Positions 38,401 through 51,694 of a stretch of 64,000 bases of DNA are shown one piece after another. The stretch's first letter is position 1, and every line of letters begins with the position of its first letter. The stretch lies in NCBI RefSeq assembly GCF_003704095.1, contig NW_020846553.1, forward strand, positions 372,001 to 436,000, in the 5' to 3' direction. The position numbers were made by a program, and so were the translations under genes. Source of the DNA: Pocillopora damicornis (Eukaryota). Under the pieces are notes generated by a model. The model was not told the DNA's origin. It was given only the letters and a program-made list of their open reading frames with translations, and ran no database searches.

Positions 38401-39038
38401 TTTGTGCGAGATGTATGAAGACAGTACATCTTAAGTTTGCGCTTCGTTCAAAGTACAAACTAAGGGTCTCAACACAAATTTCAATCCTAAAGTAAGTGGT
38501 CCTATTGAGTCCTTTTGTTCTTCTTTAATTTTCCGTCTTTTATCTAAATATTGAATTGTTTTCATGTTCTACACAAAGAGGCGTCAGGCTTTCAATTATT
38601 TCTTTATCTATGAACATTAACCCAAAGTGTTTTGAAATTGGTTTCAAAAATCTAATATGAGAAAACAAACTCACTGTCATGAATATGCACATGTAAAATG
38701 TGTTCAGCAGTTTCCTTCTTGACTGGAACAGCAACCGGGTAATCTTTGATATGCTCGATGTGAATTGGTAACGGAGCTTCGGAGAAGTGTGGTCCTTCGT
38801 AACTAGAAATTAAAGGGTTGAGAAGATTCTTTCGTGTTCCTTTCACCGCTACACCTGTTTCCTTAGACTTCTTGGACAGGTTCGGAGACCTCGAGGATTT
38901 TAGTCTTCTTGGAGTACTGTTTCCAACTTTGTCTGTGCTATGCTTGCGAGATACTTTCTCAGCTGTAAATTTTCCGTAGCTTAAAGAGGGTAAACAAATG
39001 AGACAAAGCACAGCCAACTGTTGGGCCGAACAACGCAT
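29494..39038 (-). CDS. Secreted multi-EGF-repeat protein with His/Pro/Val-rich N-terminus (EGF-B); 3' end uncertain
   Basis: Exon 1 38675-39038 ([22 protein letters not shown]; ends HILHVHIHD). Then exons at about 38061-38156, 37577-37687, 37343-37453, 36805-36914, 36166-36273, 35936-36071, 35571-35741, 35011-35107, 34482-34597, 33693-33805, 33202-33324, 32300-32443, 31505-31615, 31142-31255, 30105-30230, 29783-29882, 29538-29624. Stop at 29494 if the last exon reads through, or near 28888 if it splices. Confidence 0.9.
30450..30708 (-). mobile_element. Degenerate tRNA-derived SINE-like fragment
   Basis: Minus strand of ~30645-30708 reads tgtggctgagtggcgagggc...ggtcccgggtttcagtcct, a decayed tRNA-like head with A/B-box resemblance. 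Extent of the body is approximate. Confidence 0.45.
31790..31960. repeat. Interspersed repeat fragment; related sequence at ~63400-63530
   Basis: gtgaatatccaccaattccatctacacttcggtgaat resembles the reverse complement of atttaccaaagtggaggtggctagtgagggatattta at ~63425-63460. Confidence 0.45.
32670..32980. mobile_element. Probable non-autonomous interspersed repeat (GC/CpG-richer intronic insert)
   Basis: Composition shift in an EGF-B intron, with internal palindromic motifs (gtccgtttttgaacggac; acggacctcgctgcgctcggtccgt). Family not determined. Confidence 0.4.
33848..33978. mobile_element. ~130-bp palindromic MITE
   Basis: Arms tatctgggcaactacccacctacccctccctaacccaaca and tgttgggttaggggaggggtagatgggcagtttcccagata are near-perfect reverse complements. 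Confidence 0.8.
35762..35905. repeat. Imperfect ~55-bp direct duplication flanking a 13-bp tandem repeat
   Basis: agagcacttcattaaaatattgttagacgaa...aaaatgctttgatac versus agagcacttcactcaaatgttgttaaacgaa...aaaatgctttaatac; gtgataacaggcg x2 between them. Confidence 0.75.
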
Positions 39039-39361
39039 TTTGACTCCCTTTTGAAGATTGCCAAATTGAAAGTCCACTGTTTTCGTGAAGTTATTAGTTG
39101 AAAGTCATTTGGTTCATGATTTATTGATGCTAATTCCTTGCTTCAGAACCTCCTTTCATGAAGACAGCAATCGAGTGACCTGTTTCATAAACAATGCGAA
39201 ACAAGACAAGAAAACCTTTTTTGGGACAGTCACCAGTTTAATTTCCCAAACGGCTGGTTCTAAGTATTCCTTTTTTTCCGGGTCAAGTTAGCTTTTTCTT
39301 CCAAGATAAGAAGTTCCACAAATACCCACACAACTAAAATAAAATATTATATATAATAATA

Positions 39362-39571
39362 TGGTAGAATAGATAGTTTAGACTTGTCTCCTTTCCTCTG
39401 CTCGACGGCATTTTGATATTCTTTAGAGAAAATATTGAAGAAAGATTCATTTAAATTCCTTCCAATTTGATGCACTCTCTCGAGGGGGGTAACATTTGTT
39501 GTTTCTTGGTAGAATAGATAGTTTAGACTTGTCTCCTTTCCTCTGCTCGACGGCATTTTGATATTCTTTAG
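39362..39571. repeat. Perfect 65-bp direct repeat upstream of EGF-B
   Basis: tggtagaatagatagtttagacttgtctcctttcctctgctcgacggcattttgatattctttag at 39362-39426 and 39507-39571. Confidence 0.9.
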
Positions 39572-40815
39572 CACGATAATTGTTTCATTTATATACTGAG
39601 AACGGTGAAATAAATTTTAAAGAATAATTTCAGAAGGTTATCTTGATAATCTCAAGTTGATTAAGTGGAAAGAGAAAGATACTTTTAATATACATAGGAG
39701 ACGCTGCCTTTCTAAATCATTTTTAACATGATCCTTTGTTTAAAAAAAATATTTTTTCGATTTTGCCATTTATTCTTTGAGTCTAATAGTTTTCTTAAAT
39801 CATAGCCTAAGGGCTAAAAGGCTTATACACTGGAGGAATATCATAGTCTATTCAAATTGGTAAGAAAACAGTTTTCGCAACAGAGGAATGAAAAAGAGTG
39901 ATGTTCATTAAGAAAAAAAGGCAATTGCATAATTACAACGTATGCACTGGTCTCTCTCTCGTGATCTGACCCGCTGATAAGCGACATTACACTGGTAAGC
40001 CTCTTTACTAATATATCGCCCGCATTTCAAAATGACGTTGCAGACCGGGTTTTGTTTGGTTATAACAGTTCTTGTTGAATGAGGACAGGTGGCGTGCTTT
40101 TGCTGTCGGGCTAGGCGTTATAACGCACCTTTTGGTTAAAATTACCCTGTTAGTGCTTTTATCAACCGCCCAATGACCATCCGTTTTGCATTTTTAGTGA
40201 GCACGGATTTGCTGCAGACTGACATTATTTCTTTTCTGTTCGTTTGGTTACCGTTACGTGTTTTAACAATACCACTAAGTTTCGAATTTACCGTAAGTTA
40301 CTAACATTCACACGCGGCCTCTATATTTGAAGTTAACATATATTTGAGGCCATGTATTTTTATTGAAATCCACGCCGACGATTAGACAGAAGAAAAGATT
40401 CAAAGCCGAATTACAGTATCAACAATCCCACGCAATATAATCTCAAAGATGTCAACAAATAGTTCTTTATTAAAGAAGACTTTATAATTTAGATGACACT
40501 CTTTGTTTGTTTGTTTCTTTTTTTCATTTACACTATTTACTAATTTCGAATTATATTTGACCAAGCTTTTTATCTATATTGTTGTGTGAATAATGAATTG
40601 TGCTATCAAAATAAATCTTTCGGTTAATTCCTTCTTATTTTCTATCACATCAGCTCGGAATTTACTTGATGCAATTTGTGTTGATTCTTCTTTCAGTCCT
40701 TTTTATCCTGAAAATCAATCACGTACAAAGGAAATAGTAAGAATATGAAATAGTAAAACGAAATTTTCAATCAAGAAAAATAGTTTCCTCGAATGCAACT
40801 ATTCTTTTCAACATG

Positions 40816-43800
40816 TTAATAACCATACAGAGCCCTGTAATATGGTCTGTAATTCGACCTGTAATATGGTCTGTAATTCGACCTGTAATATGGTGGGTAA
40901 CGATAGTTTACAGGATAGTCAGAATACTGAGGATAATCCATGGAAGGCGGCCCATAAGATGTCGGAGAGGGTGGAGCAGCAGCAGATGGACTGCTGATTG
41001 GAGGTGGTGGACCGGGTGCCGGTGGAAGAGCAGGTGCGACCGGCGGTGGAGCCGCGGAAGGCTGGGGAACAGGTGGTGGTGCAGATGGTACTGGTGGAGG
41101 AACGGGGGGAGGAGAGGATGGTTGTGGTGGTGGGACAGGGGGAGGTGGGGATGGCTGCGGGAGAGGAACGGGAGGAGGTGGCGATGGTTGCGGTGGAGGA
41201 ACAGGGGGAGGTGGGGATGGTTGCGGTGGAGGAACAGGGGGTGGTGGCGATGGTTGCGGTGGAGGAACAGGGGGAGGTGGGGATGGTTGCGGTGGTAGTG
41301 GAACTGGAGTTGTAGCAGGCGGCTGTGGGGATGGTACCGGAACTGGCGCTGAGGATGATTGTGTCGGGTTAATTGTACTAGGAATTGGAGGAGTAGGTTC
41401 GACTTCCTCTCCTTCTTCTTCCTCCTCCTCCTCCTCTTCCTCTTCATTTTCACCGTTGTGTATTGCGTAAACTGTCACACCTGTACGTCACAGTTAAAAA
41501 CAAAACAAAACAGAACAAACAAACAAAAAAAAAAAAAGAGAGTAGATGTTGTGGCTACGTTTTTCATCGTCAGTGATAACCTTTCATGTGTTGTTAGTGT
41601 TTCAACGTGTCAAGGAGCCCTGTTGTGATGTGTGTGTTATGTATACCTATTCATTTTATGTTTTTATGTCGCAGTCCGTGTAACCTTCCTCCAATCACCT
41701 CCACCACTGCTTAGTAAAAGGGATAGCTGAGTTGTTGAGGGTTAAATGAGTTTGAAAAAGAGCAGAGCAGCCCCGAACAAATATTGGTATCAGCCCCTCC
41801 TTTTCAACGGACATTAAGACGTAAAGCTAGCGGCCTTTGCAATATTCATATTATTAAATGTTAAGCATCTTAAACTTACAATTAGCAGATTGAGTCAGTC
41901 GTGCAGACTATTTAGTATTTCATTTTCCCATCAGTTTTACTTCGTTTGTATGGTGCATAGTACATTGCAGGGAGACCATACTGATGGGAAGACACTGGAG
42001 GGGCTGGAGGCGGCGGTAGTGGTGATGGCACTGGTTGTATTGGAGGAGGTGGTGGGTGTGGAGGCAACGGAGCTGAAAGAACCTTTGGAATTACTCGAAT
42101 TTGTGGAACTTAGTAAAATTTTCATTAAATCCAAAATGATACCGGTATGACGAATCTAGCAATCTAGTGAGCAAAGTAAAGATCTTTCTTGGGTAATTTC
42201 TAAGCTTTTTCACGTTCTAATTTCAAGCCATCACAAATAAAATCTATATCCCAAGCACTTTTTACTTTGGAGGTAGAAGAAATTAAGTAAATCCAAATTT
42301 TTACTTATTACTCTTTGATTAAGGAAGGTGAAAGTTCAGTCTGAAACCATATTTCTTACGTATGCAGGTGTTTCCTTGCATCTGATAGCCCGGTAGACAT
42401 TGACAAGCTCCTTGTAAACACGTTGAATAGACTGGACATATTGTCGGGCAGCGCTTGTGACGAGCTATAAAGCAAATTAAAATCAATGGTGTATTTTTAG
42501 CCTTCTATTCAATCTTAACTGCTTTATCAAATGAAGTCAACGACGTCACTTGCACCTTTCAGACGGTTATATAAACCGGGAAATATATTGGTAAAACTTC
42601 AACTCTTAGTCTGCAACGAGTTGAACCTAATCCCTATTTTCACCATAAAGTGTTCCTACACTGTACCATCTATACAGTATGCGGATTTAGTCTTGAGAAA
42701 CAGGTAAGTTAATTGCAAAAATGGAAGGAAAACGTACTGTAGACTGTTTTGATGGTTAAAATAACTTAAACTGGCGAGTAAATACTGGATCGTGCAGGTT
42801 GTTAGCATTGAATTAAAATTTGACTTTTATCTTGCCTTTTACACATTGATACCCTGTTCCTATGTAACCAGGCACACACTTGCAACGGCCTCTGACGCAC
42901 AAGGCGTGCACATCACACTTGGCACACTTATCAACTGTAAAATGAAGGAGCACAAACATTATAAAGTGCTCAATTTACTATTTTTGATTTTGAAGATGGC
43001 ATTTTGAGCTTAAAACTATCTTAACTGCTGACAGACACGAGATTCTCTCACAATGATACCAGAGATTGTTCTAAGTTTATGTGGCAAAGAGCCACTCTTA
43101 TATGAGTATATCAATTATTTCTGTATGTCATTCTTTGGCAAGTAAGCCCCGGAACTTCGTCCAGTTTCAAAAGGGTTAAACTGCCCCTCTTTTTAAATGT
43201 CCACAAATTAAAGTAAAATTAGCGTTTATTAAATTAACAACTGGAGAAGCTTAGCACCTTCAGAAGACAAAAAAAAGGAGACAAACAGTTTCGGTTTCGT
43301 ACCTTCACAATGGGCCCCTGTATATTGCTCATCGCAGTGACAGTCATATCCTCCGACAACCTGAACACAACTACCGCTGTTTAAGCAGGGATTAGGGTGA
43401 CAGTAGTCCTTGGGCTTGATAGCTGTTACAAAGTCGGTGAGACAAACGTGTGAGATGTACAAGAAAGAAAGCACTACTTTAAAGTCCATTTGATGGGTAA
43501 AAATATGACATCAGACCATAACACCTGTCGAGTTTTAAGAACGAGATTTTATTTAGCTGTTTGCTTCCCATAATACCTGTCAACAACCGGTTAGGTACTT
43601 CATGAAACACTCAATACTTGAGGCTATCATTGGGTCGGAGCCTTTGGGTGTCAAAAACATCTTTGAATACTTTGCATTGTCGTCAACCTGGGACGAGTTT
43701 TTTAATTCAAAAGGGAGAGTGTTTCTGAAACCCAAAGAATGCTTGTCATCACCAGTTTAAAGTATACAAAAAAATTGAACGTTTTTTAAGAGCCCACTCA

Positions 43801-46800
43801 TTAATCTACTCTTTCGAAAACTGCTTTTAAATGTGCTAAAAATAGTCTGCGAAGGCTGCCATCTTAATTAATCCAACAGAAAACATGGTTGAAAGAACTT
43901 AGGCTTCGACAGGATTCAAAGCCGTGCCTTCCTGACTGCAATCGCGCCTGAGTCATTTCAAGCGCATCTTGCTTTAAATTTCTCACAGATGTTTAGCTGC
44001 AAATCGAAATTAAGTGGTGATATAGGTAAAAGGACAAACAAACAAACAAACAAAAAAAACAGTACGTGGTGGTTTTTCACATCTTAGTCCCGTGTAGCCA
44101 GGCTGACAAATACAGGTTGGCGTATTCCCAACAGGTTTGCAGATTCCACCATTCAGACAATAACCGGGTGAGCAAATCGCTGTCGAAAAGAACATAAAAA
44201 ACGAAAAAGATTGATCAGACTCATTTTTAGGAGCTCAAGTAAATCTCTTTAATGTACTTGTTCATTGAGATAGGCTCAATCCTTCTCGCAAGGGTAAAGT
44301 TAGTAGCTTTATATATGTCTGACTGATTCACATCTTGGTCATTTTCACAATTTCGTTTCCTTGCCGACTCATTTTTGTTTGGTTTTTTTTCCAATCCACT
44401 GTATGATAGCCCAAAAGGCCGCTATTTGCTTAAACTTGAAATTGCTGCGTTATCCAAAAACATGTGTTCAAGGTTTTAATTTAGACAAAGGTCGTTTATA
44501 CCCAGTTTTCTAATATGTATATCATATCGTTAAAGTTTAAGACATTTTGACGGGCGTCCAGGCTTTTCCAGCGCTCATGAAGTCAGTTCCCCTTTCTCTT
44601 TTCTTTCCTTCGTTGTTATTTCTTTTTCGTGTGAGACGAGGTGATGGGAAACGAAACATTTTATGCACATGCCTCGGGTGAAGATGAGACATTTACGTCG
44701 TTTGTTGTTATAACTGCTTTTAAAGTGGATAGTTATGGCATAATTTCTCACCCTTTTCACAATTGGTTCCTGTGTATCCCTCTGGACAGCGACACTTGTA
44801 TGCTGTGTTACTATTGATATCCTCACAAGTTCCTCCATTCTGACAGGGGTTGGATAGGCAGGGATTATTTGTTCCTGTGCGAGTTGAAAGAGTTGAGTAT
44901 GATTTTCCACTTACGTAAAAGAAAAATTACACTTGACAGCCATGATAAACAGAAAATGCTTCATTACTTACTTCCTTTAGCGCATCCGTCGTCTCTTAGA
45001 TCCAATCCATCTTCACAGTAGCAATCACCTTCGGCGTCACATTTCTGTGCGAAAAGAGGAGGATTTGCCGAGGGGTTTCCTTTTGGACATCCACATTCTT
45101 AAAACCAAACAAAAATCTTAGAATTCGTAGCATAAAAATGCAGTTTAGTATCGATGGTACTCGTGGAGACAATCAGCAAGTGATCATCACTTAAGATGAT
45201 TTTGGAAAGAATTAGAAGCCTAGTCTCTGGCCGCAGCAAAGTTTTCCTTTACAAAAATTACCTAAGACGTTGCATTCTTTTAGCGCATAGAATTGAGCAG
45301 TATCACATTCTCTCACCTTGACAAGTTGGTCCAGTAAACTTGCCTTTACACTTGCAAACCACCTTTCCGTTTTCACTTTGACAAGTTCCTCCGTTCTGAC
45401 ACGGATCACTTTGGCACCCATCAATAGCTAAAAATATGTATCATAGATTTTTGTGAACCAGTGAAAAAATAACTTAAGTGAACGGATTAATCAAAATCAT
45501 TTCATGCAGGCCATGTTTACCATTTGTCAGGTAAAACGAGAATTTATTGGAGCTTGTTTCGTCGTGACCACAAATGCATAAAAGCTGGCCAGAAGCACAA
45601 TATTAGACAACATATAAAGTGAGGTTCAAAAAGTGAGGAAAGCAAGGATGCAGGTTAATACTGCTGGGCTCGATTGTTCAGCTATACTTTCAAAGGGCAA
45701 GAAGCGTTTCTTGAATCTTAAGAAAGATTTGTTTAGAGAGTTCCCAAAACCACTAAGTTTGCAATTTGAAAGCTAGAGAAAACCACGAACCTTTCGAAAA
45801 CTACAATAGCGATTACATGCAACAATTCAGATGCTGAATTCATACCACATTACTGAGCACCTTTAATCAATTGTCATGTGAACACGTTGATATTATGAAT
45901 TTTTTACTAGATTCCGGAAGATATCTTATTAAAATCATGCTTATCAGTATCTCAGTCTAAGAAAATTTATACGTACTCCAGTTCTTATCATAGACCTTGA
46001 TATACATTTTTGTGATCAGTTTTGTGCATACACCAGTTGAGAAATGATAGAAATCAGGTGACACTTTACGGTTGCACATATCGCTTTTTTGACATACGCG
46101 GGCGTCTCTAAAATATTCAAATGTCACCCACACAAATTGGATTTGGCATGAAAAAAGGTTTACTTACGAAGTTCGCAGTTTGTACCAGTGTATCCATTCT
46201 CGCAAACGCATTTGAAGCCGCCTTCTTGAGTTTGAATACATTTTCCATTATTTTTGCAAGGATTGGGGGTACAGGCATCCTTTTCTAAGGTATGATAAAA
46301 TCAAGACAAAATGGTTGCTTATACATCAAAAAGGACACCCGTTACACAGAAGTGTGATATAAGATATAAATGTGACAAGGAAAAAGAATTCGCATATACA
46401 TGTAAAAGGAAGTATACAGCTACCTTCGCAGTGCTTGCCACTTGTTCCTGGAGGACACTCGCAGTCATATTCTCCAGCACCAAGCTCTTTGCATTTAGCT
46501 TCATTTTTACAAGGATTTGGATGACAAGGATGCGGAATTTCTGAATGAACAGAAAGAGACAAGAAACAAAGGAAGAAAAACAGTTCTGTAAAGTCTTTAC
46601 ATTGCGCTCCTTAGCCTACTAGTAACTCTTCATTTTGGCGTTGCGGCACGTTCCTTCGCCTACGAGGTTCTTAAGAGTGCAGGCTATGCATCCGTCTTAT
46701 GGTTGTTTTCGTCGGCGTTTGAGTGTAATCATTCCTCCAGTAAATAGTAATTTTGTTTAGAAAAATAACGTGCTATTCCTTTGATATCGTGGATATCGTA

Positions 46801-49800
46801 AATGCGAATCCGACATTTATTCATGAAAAATAATGGTAGTGAAATGATTATCCACGAGTATGGTCGCCTAAAAATTGATTTTGTATAAAAATGAGGATGC
46901 TGATTCCAATCCTTTTAAAACAATGATAAAAAAGATGCAAATGACTACGGAGACTTACTTTTGCAGGTAAAGCCATCGCCATAATATCCTTCCACGCAAA
47001 GACAAGTCTGATTTATACATTTTGCGTTTATGTCGCAATGCTTACAGATGTCCACTGAAAAAATTTGAAAAGTAGAGAAACACTTTAGATTCACCAAATT
47101 CAATTTCGATTTCCTTCGACTTAAGTTATCGAATTTTACACTTTGATAGACTAATTCGCTCAGTTATGATTTTTCACTACATATCAATCTGTTTGTGGTG
47201 TGTTTTGTTTTGTTTTATTTGGTTTTGTTTTTTTTCATCTAACGGAGCATTCAACATATTCGGAATTGATCAAATGTTCGGTGCACTCTGACGGGTGAGT
47301 GTAAGCGTTTCTAAGACAGCCATAGGCCTCTACTTTTTATGATTTCTAATGGACGGTTATTGACCTTTGATAGATAAAAGCGTTACGGTACATTTCCCAT
47401 ACGCCTCTATATATAATTAACAATTTAAAACATTTTCTTGTGAATGTGTCTGTTTTTTCGCCGGTGTAGATTCTTGGGTTCCTATGTCGTGTGACTACCT
47501 CCTACCTTCACAGTTTGACCCAGTATAGCCCGAGCGACAAATACATAGGTAATGTAGGTGGCCATGATTCCAATTTTCAGGATACGTGTTGTAACCGCTA
47601 TAAGAGTCGATGCAGATACCGTCATTTAAACACGGTCGGGTATAACATGGATGAGGAACTGAAAAAAGTATTGAAAGAAGAACCGTTTCAAGAAGTGGGT
47701 AAAATTTTCATATCATCCGTGCGTTGCCAAAAACACTATCTGCGACAAAATTAAATACCACACGCTATTTACGTCACTATTTTTAGGGAATTTTTAAGAA
47801 TAAAGTATAGAAAGGACTGCATTTTGCTATAACACCCTTTCCCACTGCACAATAAGAGAATAAAGTGGGATATTGTACTGGGATGGAGGGGTAAAACTGA
47901 TCTGGTGCGAAGAAAAAGTAGGTTATCTTCATATCTAGAATTGTTTAGCAACTGGAAACGTTTAAGTGCAAGAAAAAAATATATATATATATATCTACGT
48001 ACTTTCACACTTATTTCCTTTAAACAGAGGAGGACAAAAACACTTGGAATGTCCAAAAGATACCCTGCAGTGACCACCATGCAAGCAAGGGTTGGGGTGA
48101 CACACATGACCTGTCAATCATGAAAAGGAAAATCATTCCATAACTATTGCATGATGAATGTTAGTATCAATCTCCTAGCATTCTATCCCAAACGCTGCAG
48201 TCTGATTTGCCACCTTACTAAGTATTCTATATCATGATAAATGATAATTAAAGCTGGTAGCCTAACGTTGTGTAGTTTAAAACAGTACAAGATAGAGACG
48301 TGAGCCTGTTTTGTTGTTATGTATGGAAGGACAAGTAGATCTGAATAATAGACTAATTCGATTATTCGCTCTCGATTTCTGTACATGATAACTGATTCGG
48401 ACTTTACCCTCGCCAGCCATCACGCCAGAAAAGTCTCCAGGCTATAAGCTAAGTCTTCCAGAAAAAATAAACAAAAAGGAAGCCTTTTCTTTTCATTAAG
48501 TAAAAGCATAACCGTGGACATATTTCCTCGAGAGGCCAGGTTCAGATTCGGCTTATTGTTTGTTGTTATTATCTGTTTTATAGGGTGAAAACCTACTTTC
48601 ACAGTTGCTTCCGGTGTATCCCAGTCTACAAGTGCAGTTATATCCAAACCCATCCTCGTGGCAGGTTCCGGCATTAAGACAAGGGTTGGTATAGCATTGC
48701 TTTGTTTCTATAAGAACAGAAAGACGTGGGGCATGAAAATGCTTCCTCTACGCCAAAAATCTGTAGAGTCGCTGTACCAAACATTTAAACAGTGAATCAA
48801 AGCAGTTGGTTCGATTAGAGAGGAGCGATAACAATATTTTCATGGATGCTAAATGGTACATATATGCAAACATCTTGATGTCATATTCATACCCTAAAAA
48901 TTTATGGATGAACAAACGTCATGATTATGAATTAATTTAATTACACCTGTGAGGCTATACAATCTAGTTTTAAGGTTTCAAGCCTATTTTACTTTAGAAG
49001 TCCAAAAATAAATTTCAATTCTTTTTTAAAGATCACTTAAAACCCGAAAAGGAATTTTGGCATAAGGTTTTCTGGATTTTAAATGCAGAAAATTTCAAAC
49101 TTTTGCTTAGAATAATGAACTTTGCTATTATAAGCCTTACCTGTGCATAGAGTTCCTTTGAAAGATGGAGGACAAATACAGATGTAATTATCACCAGCAG
49201 TCTGCTGACAAGTTGCGCCATTTTTGCAAGGATTTGGATCACACTTGTTTATGGCTGAGAAGAGAAGTCAATCAGAAAATTTATACCCCAGGCCCACTCA
49301 AACAGATGTGCAATTTATAACCTCCATACCGCGAATTAGCTTGAAATTTATATTAGACAATTTTAAGTTAGTCTGTCTGATCTATCGACCGCTAATTAGC
49401 TACTTAGTTAGTTAGTCAGTCAGTCTGTCAATTAGTCTGTTAATCAATTAGCTGGTTAGCAACTTGGTAAGCTAGTCAGTCCAATGGCATCATTTAATCA
49501 TTTATTTAGCATGTTAGTTAGTGAACTAGTCACAATCTACGTTTTAGTCTTGTGACTGTAAAAGGATTTAACCGAAAGTACACTATGAGCGAACCACAGC
49601 AGTCATTGTTTCAAAGTGGTACTTACAGTCACAATGTATTCCTTTAAATCCTTCTTGACAGATACAGGAGAACTTTTCTTCAGAATCCGATCTAGTGCAT
49701 ACCCCCGAATTTTTACAAGGGTTTGGGTGACAAGGATTAGGCTCTGTAACATGAATCAAACGACAGGTAACCAGGGTGAAAAACAAAATGGTTCATTGAG

Positions 49801-51694
49801 TCGTTTATCAAGTGACTCATCAAAACTTAAAAGCCGATGACGAACTGAAACCAAGCTCTATCTCCAGCGCAATACTTTTAGTTATACTTGAAGTTTCCCT
49901 TAAGAGCCTCCAATATATTTTTATATCGAGGTGTGATGTTAAGGTTGTGTTAAGAAACTGCCTTTCACATTACGATGGTAAAGAGTAAGATCGACTATTT
50001 CAACAAAGTTTAGCCATTATTTAAGAACACCGCGCTTGACCATCTTCAAACTTTTAGCCACGTTTTTTTTAAAAATGTTACTTTGTCTTAATATAGCGAA
50101 GAATTCCTATGGCTAACAGTGAAAATAACTTCATGCACTGAAAAAAAAAACCCGTGGAGATATTTTGAGGTTTCAATGGTTATCTAGATGTTCGGCTTAA
50201 GTGATACTTCATTTCAGTATCAAGTTGAAGTGTTTTCATACCTTCACATACCACCCCGAGAAATCCATGAGGACAACTGCACTTAAATGCGCCAGAAATC
50301 TCAGTACATGTAGCTCCATTCTTACAAGGGCTTGAAGCGCAGTAATTTCTATCTAGAAGGAGACGGTTGGGAGAAAAACAGGAAAAAAAAGAGAGAAGAT
50401 TTTTAGTTTCTCAAACTGGTGATACTGTATAAGGAAAAACAAATATTTACCTTAAACAGACGTAAAACATTTTACCTTCACAGTTCTTGCCCCGAAATTC
50501 TTTTTGACAAATACAGAAGTATTCATGGGGTAGCTTTACGAAAATCCCTCCATTTTGGCACGGATTTAGGTGGTCTGCAGAAATAAGAAAATTACAATAT
50601 TAATTTTAAGAATTACATCGAAGGAATTTCTGTTTCCGTCCGGCGTAGTAAGTTTGTTTTCCGCTTAATTTGCTGCTAAATGGAACATGGCAGACAGTAA
50701 AGGATTGCTTTTACTAAAATTATTCCACTTAGTTGCGATGTATTCACGTTCGTTATAACTAACTGAAATAATTGCATTTTAACTTCTTGTTCTCTATTCA
50801 CTCTTGAACTACCGCTGTGCTTTTCAACCAAAACTATAACAAAATGCGGGATTTGTTTCAGTAAATGATCTAGAAAGTCATCATTAAAACTTACACCTTG
50901 GGCTGTACGCCTAATTGAATGTGAAAACATTAAATTTAATAGTTGAAACACCTTGAAACTGGTTGTAAGTTCAACAGTAAAGCAAAATGCGAAAAATAAA
51001 TCACTCATCATTCGAGATATTATTTGAGCTCGAAGTCATCAAACACATTATTCAGTATTTATGGTACAAATTTGAAATTTCATCTTCAAGGAGGGATATC
51101 TACGGCCTGGACTTAATCATCTCTACTTAAAAGATGACACCGAAACAGACGAATTTCGCGTGTAGAGGAACCTTCTCCGAACGAGCGAGTTTACCACCTG
51201 TTTACACCCAGTGAGAACTTTCACCTTCACCTCTTTTTCTTTACACAATGTTAAATAATCATTTTATACTTACATTTGGGGCGAAGATGAAGATGGGAGA
51301 CGTGGACATGAGGCGCTACTGGGTATGGTACAGGATATGGCCTTGGGACGTACTGAACGGACACAACAGGGTACGGCTTTGGTACCAGGTGAATGTGATG
51401 ATTTGCGAATGGCGGCGGTATTACATTCAAAGGGTGTGGGAAAAAATATCTTCGACTTCCACTCTCGTCTTTTACTGCCTTCGTTGATGTGGAATTTGCA
51501 ATAATACTGTCCTCTTTAGCAGTAAAGCTGTCGTTATTTGCCCCTCCAACGTTGACTTTGTGGACTTTGCTTTCAACTTCATGGGCTTTGGTCTCCTTGA
51601 GGGTTACACTCTGCCGTTTACCAACAACAAGAAGGCTTGGATTGCAACAAAGGCAGAATAGTTGGTATACAGCTAGAAGTTTAAAGTAAAACAT
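40816..51694 (-). CDS. Secreted multi-EGF-repeat protein with His/Pro/Val-rich N-terminus and poly-Glu/Pro-repeat/Tyr-rich C-terminal tail (EGF-C)
   Basis: Exon 1 ~51274-51694 ([17 protein letters not shown]; ends [12 protein letters not shown]). Module exons at about 50477-50574, 50242-50352, 49627-49743, 49141-49254, 48597-48707, 48003-48110, 47506-47658, 46958-47054, 46424-46540, 46168-46284, 45317-45427, 44972-45097, 44753-44874, 44066-44179, 43303-43422, 42836-42934, 42360-42464. Pro-rich exons 41941-42108 and 40816-41480 (TAA). Confidence 0.9.
40834..40893 (-). repeat. Coding 24-bp tandem repeat (YRSNYRPY) in the EGF-C tail
   Basis: cctgtaatatggtctgtaattcga repeated about 2.5 times. 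Confidence 0.9.
41095..41300 (-). repeat. Coding 33-bp tandem repeat ([11 protein letters not shown]) in the EGF-C tail
   Basis: About six copies of ggaggaacagggggaggtggggatggttgcggt. Confidence 0.9.

Noticed and set aside
41095-41300. 33-bp repeats as a CRISPR array
   Set aside because: Contiguous coding repeats with no unique spacers, in a eukaryotic exon, with no cas genes.
40813-41315. + strand ORFs rich in Trp/Arg/Gly (40813-41298) and Val/Glu (40998-41315), and the His-rich - strand ORF 40908-41453
   Set aside because: Shadow frames of the Pro-repeat exon. The Pro/Tyr frame is the one in phase with the 41480 acceptor and the upstream phase-1 exons.
41937-42134. Ser/Thr-rich mucin-like ORF from the ORF track
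   Set aside because: Wrong frame: splicing from the phase-1 upstream exon gives the Pro-rich reading.
43895-43960. tRNA/SINE-like remnant
   Set aside because: Too short and degenerate to support a call.
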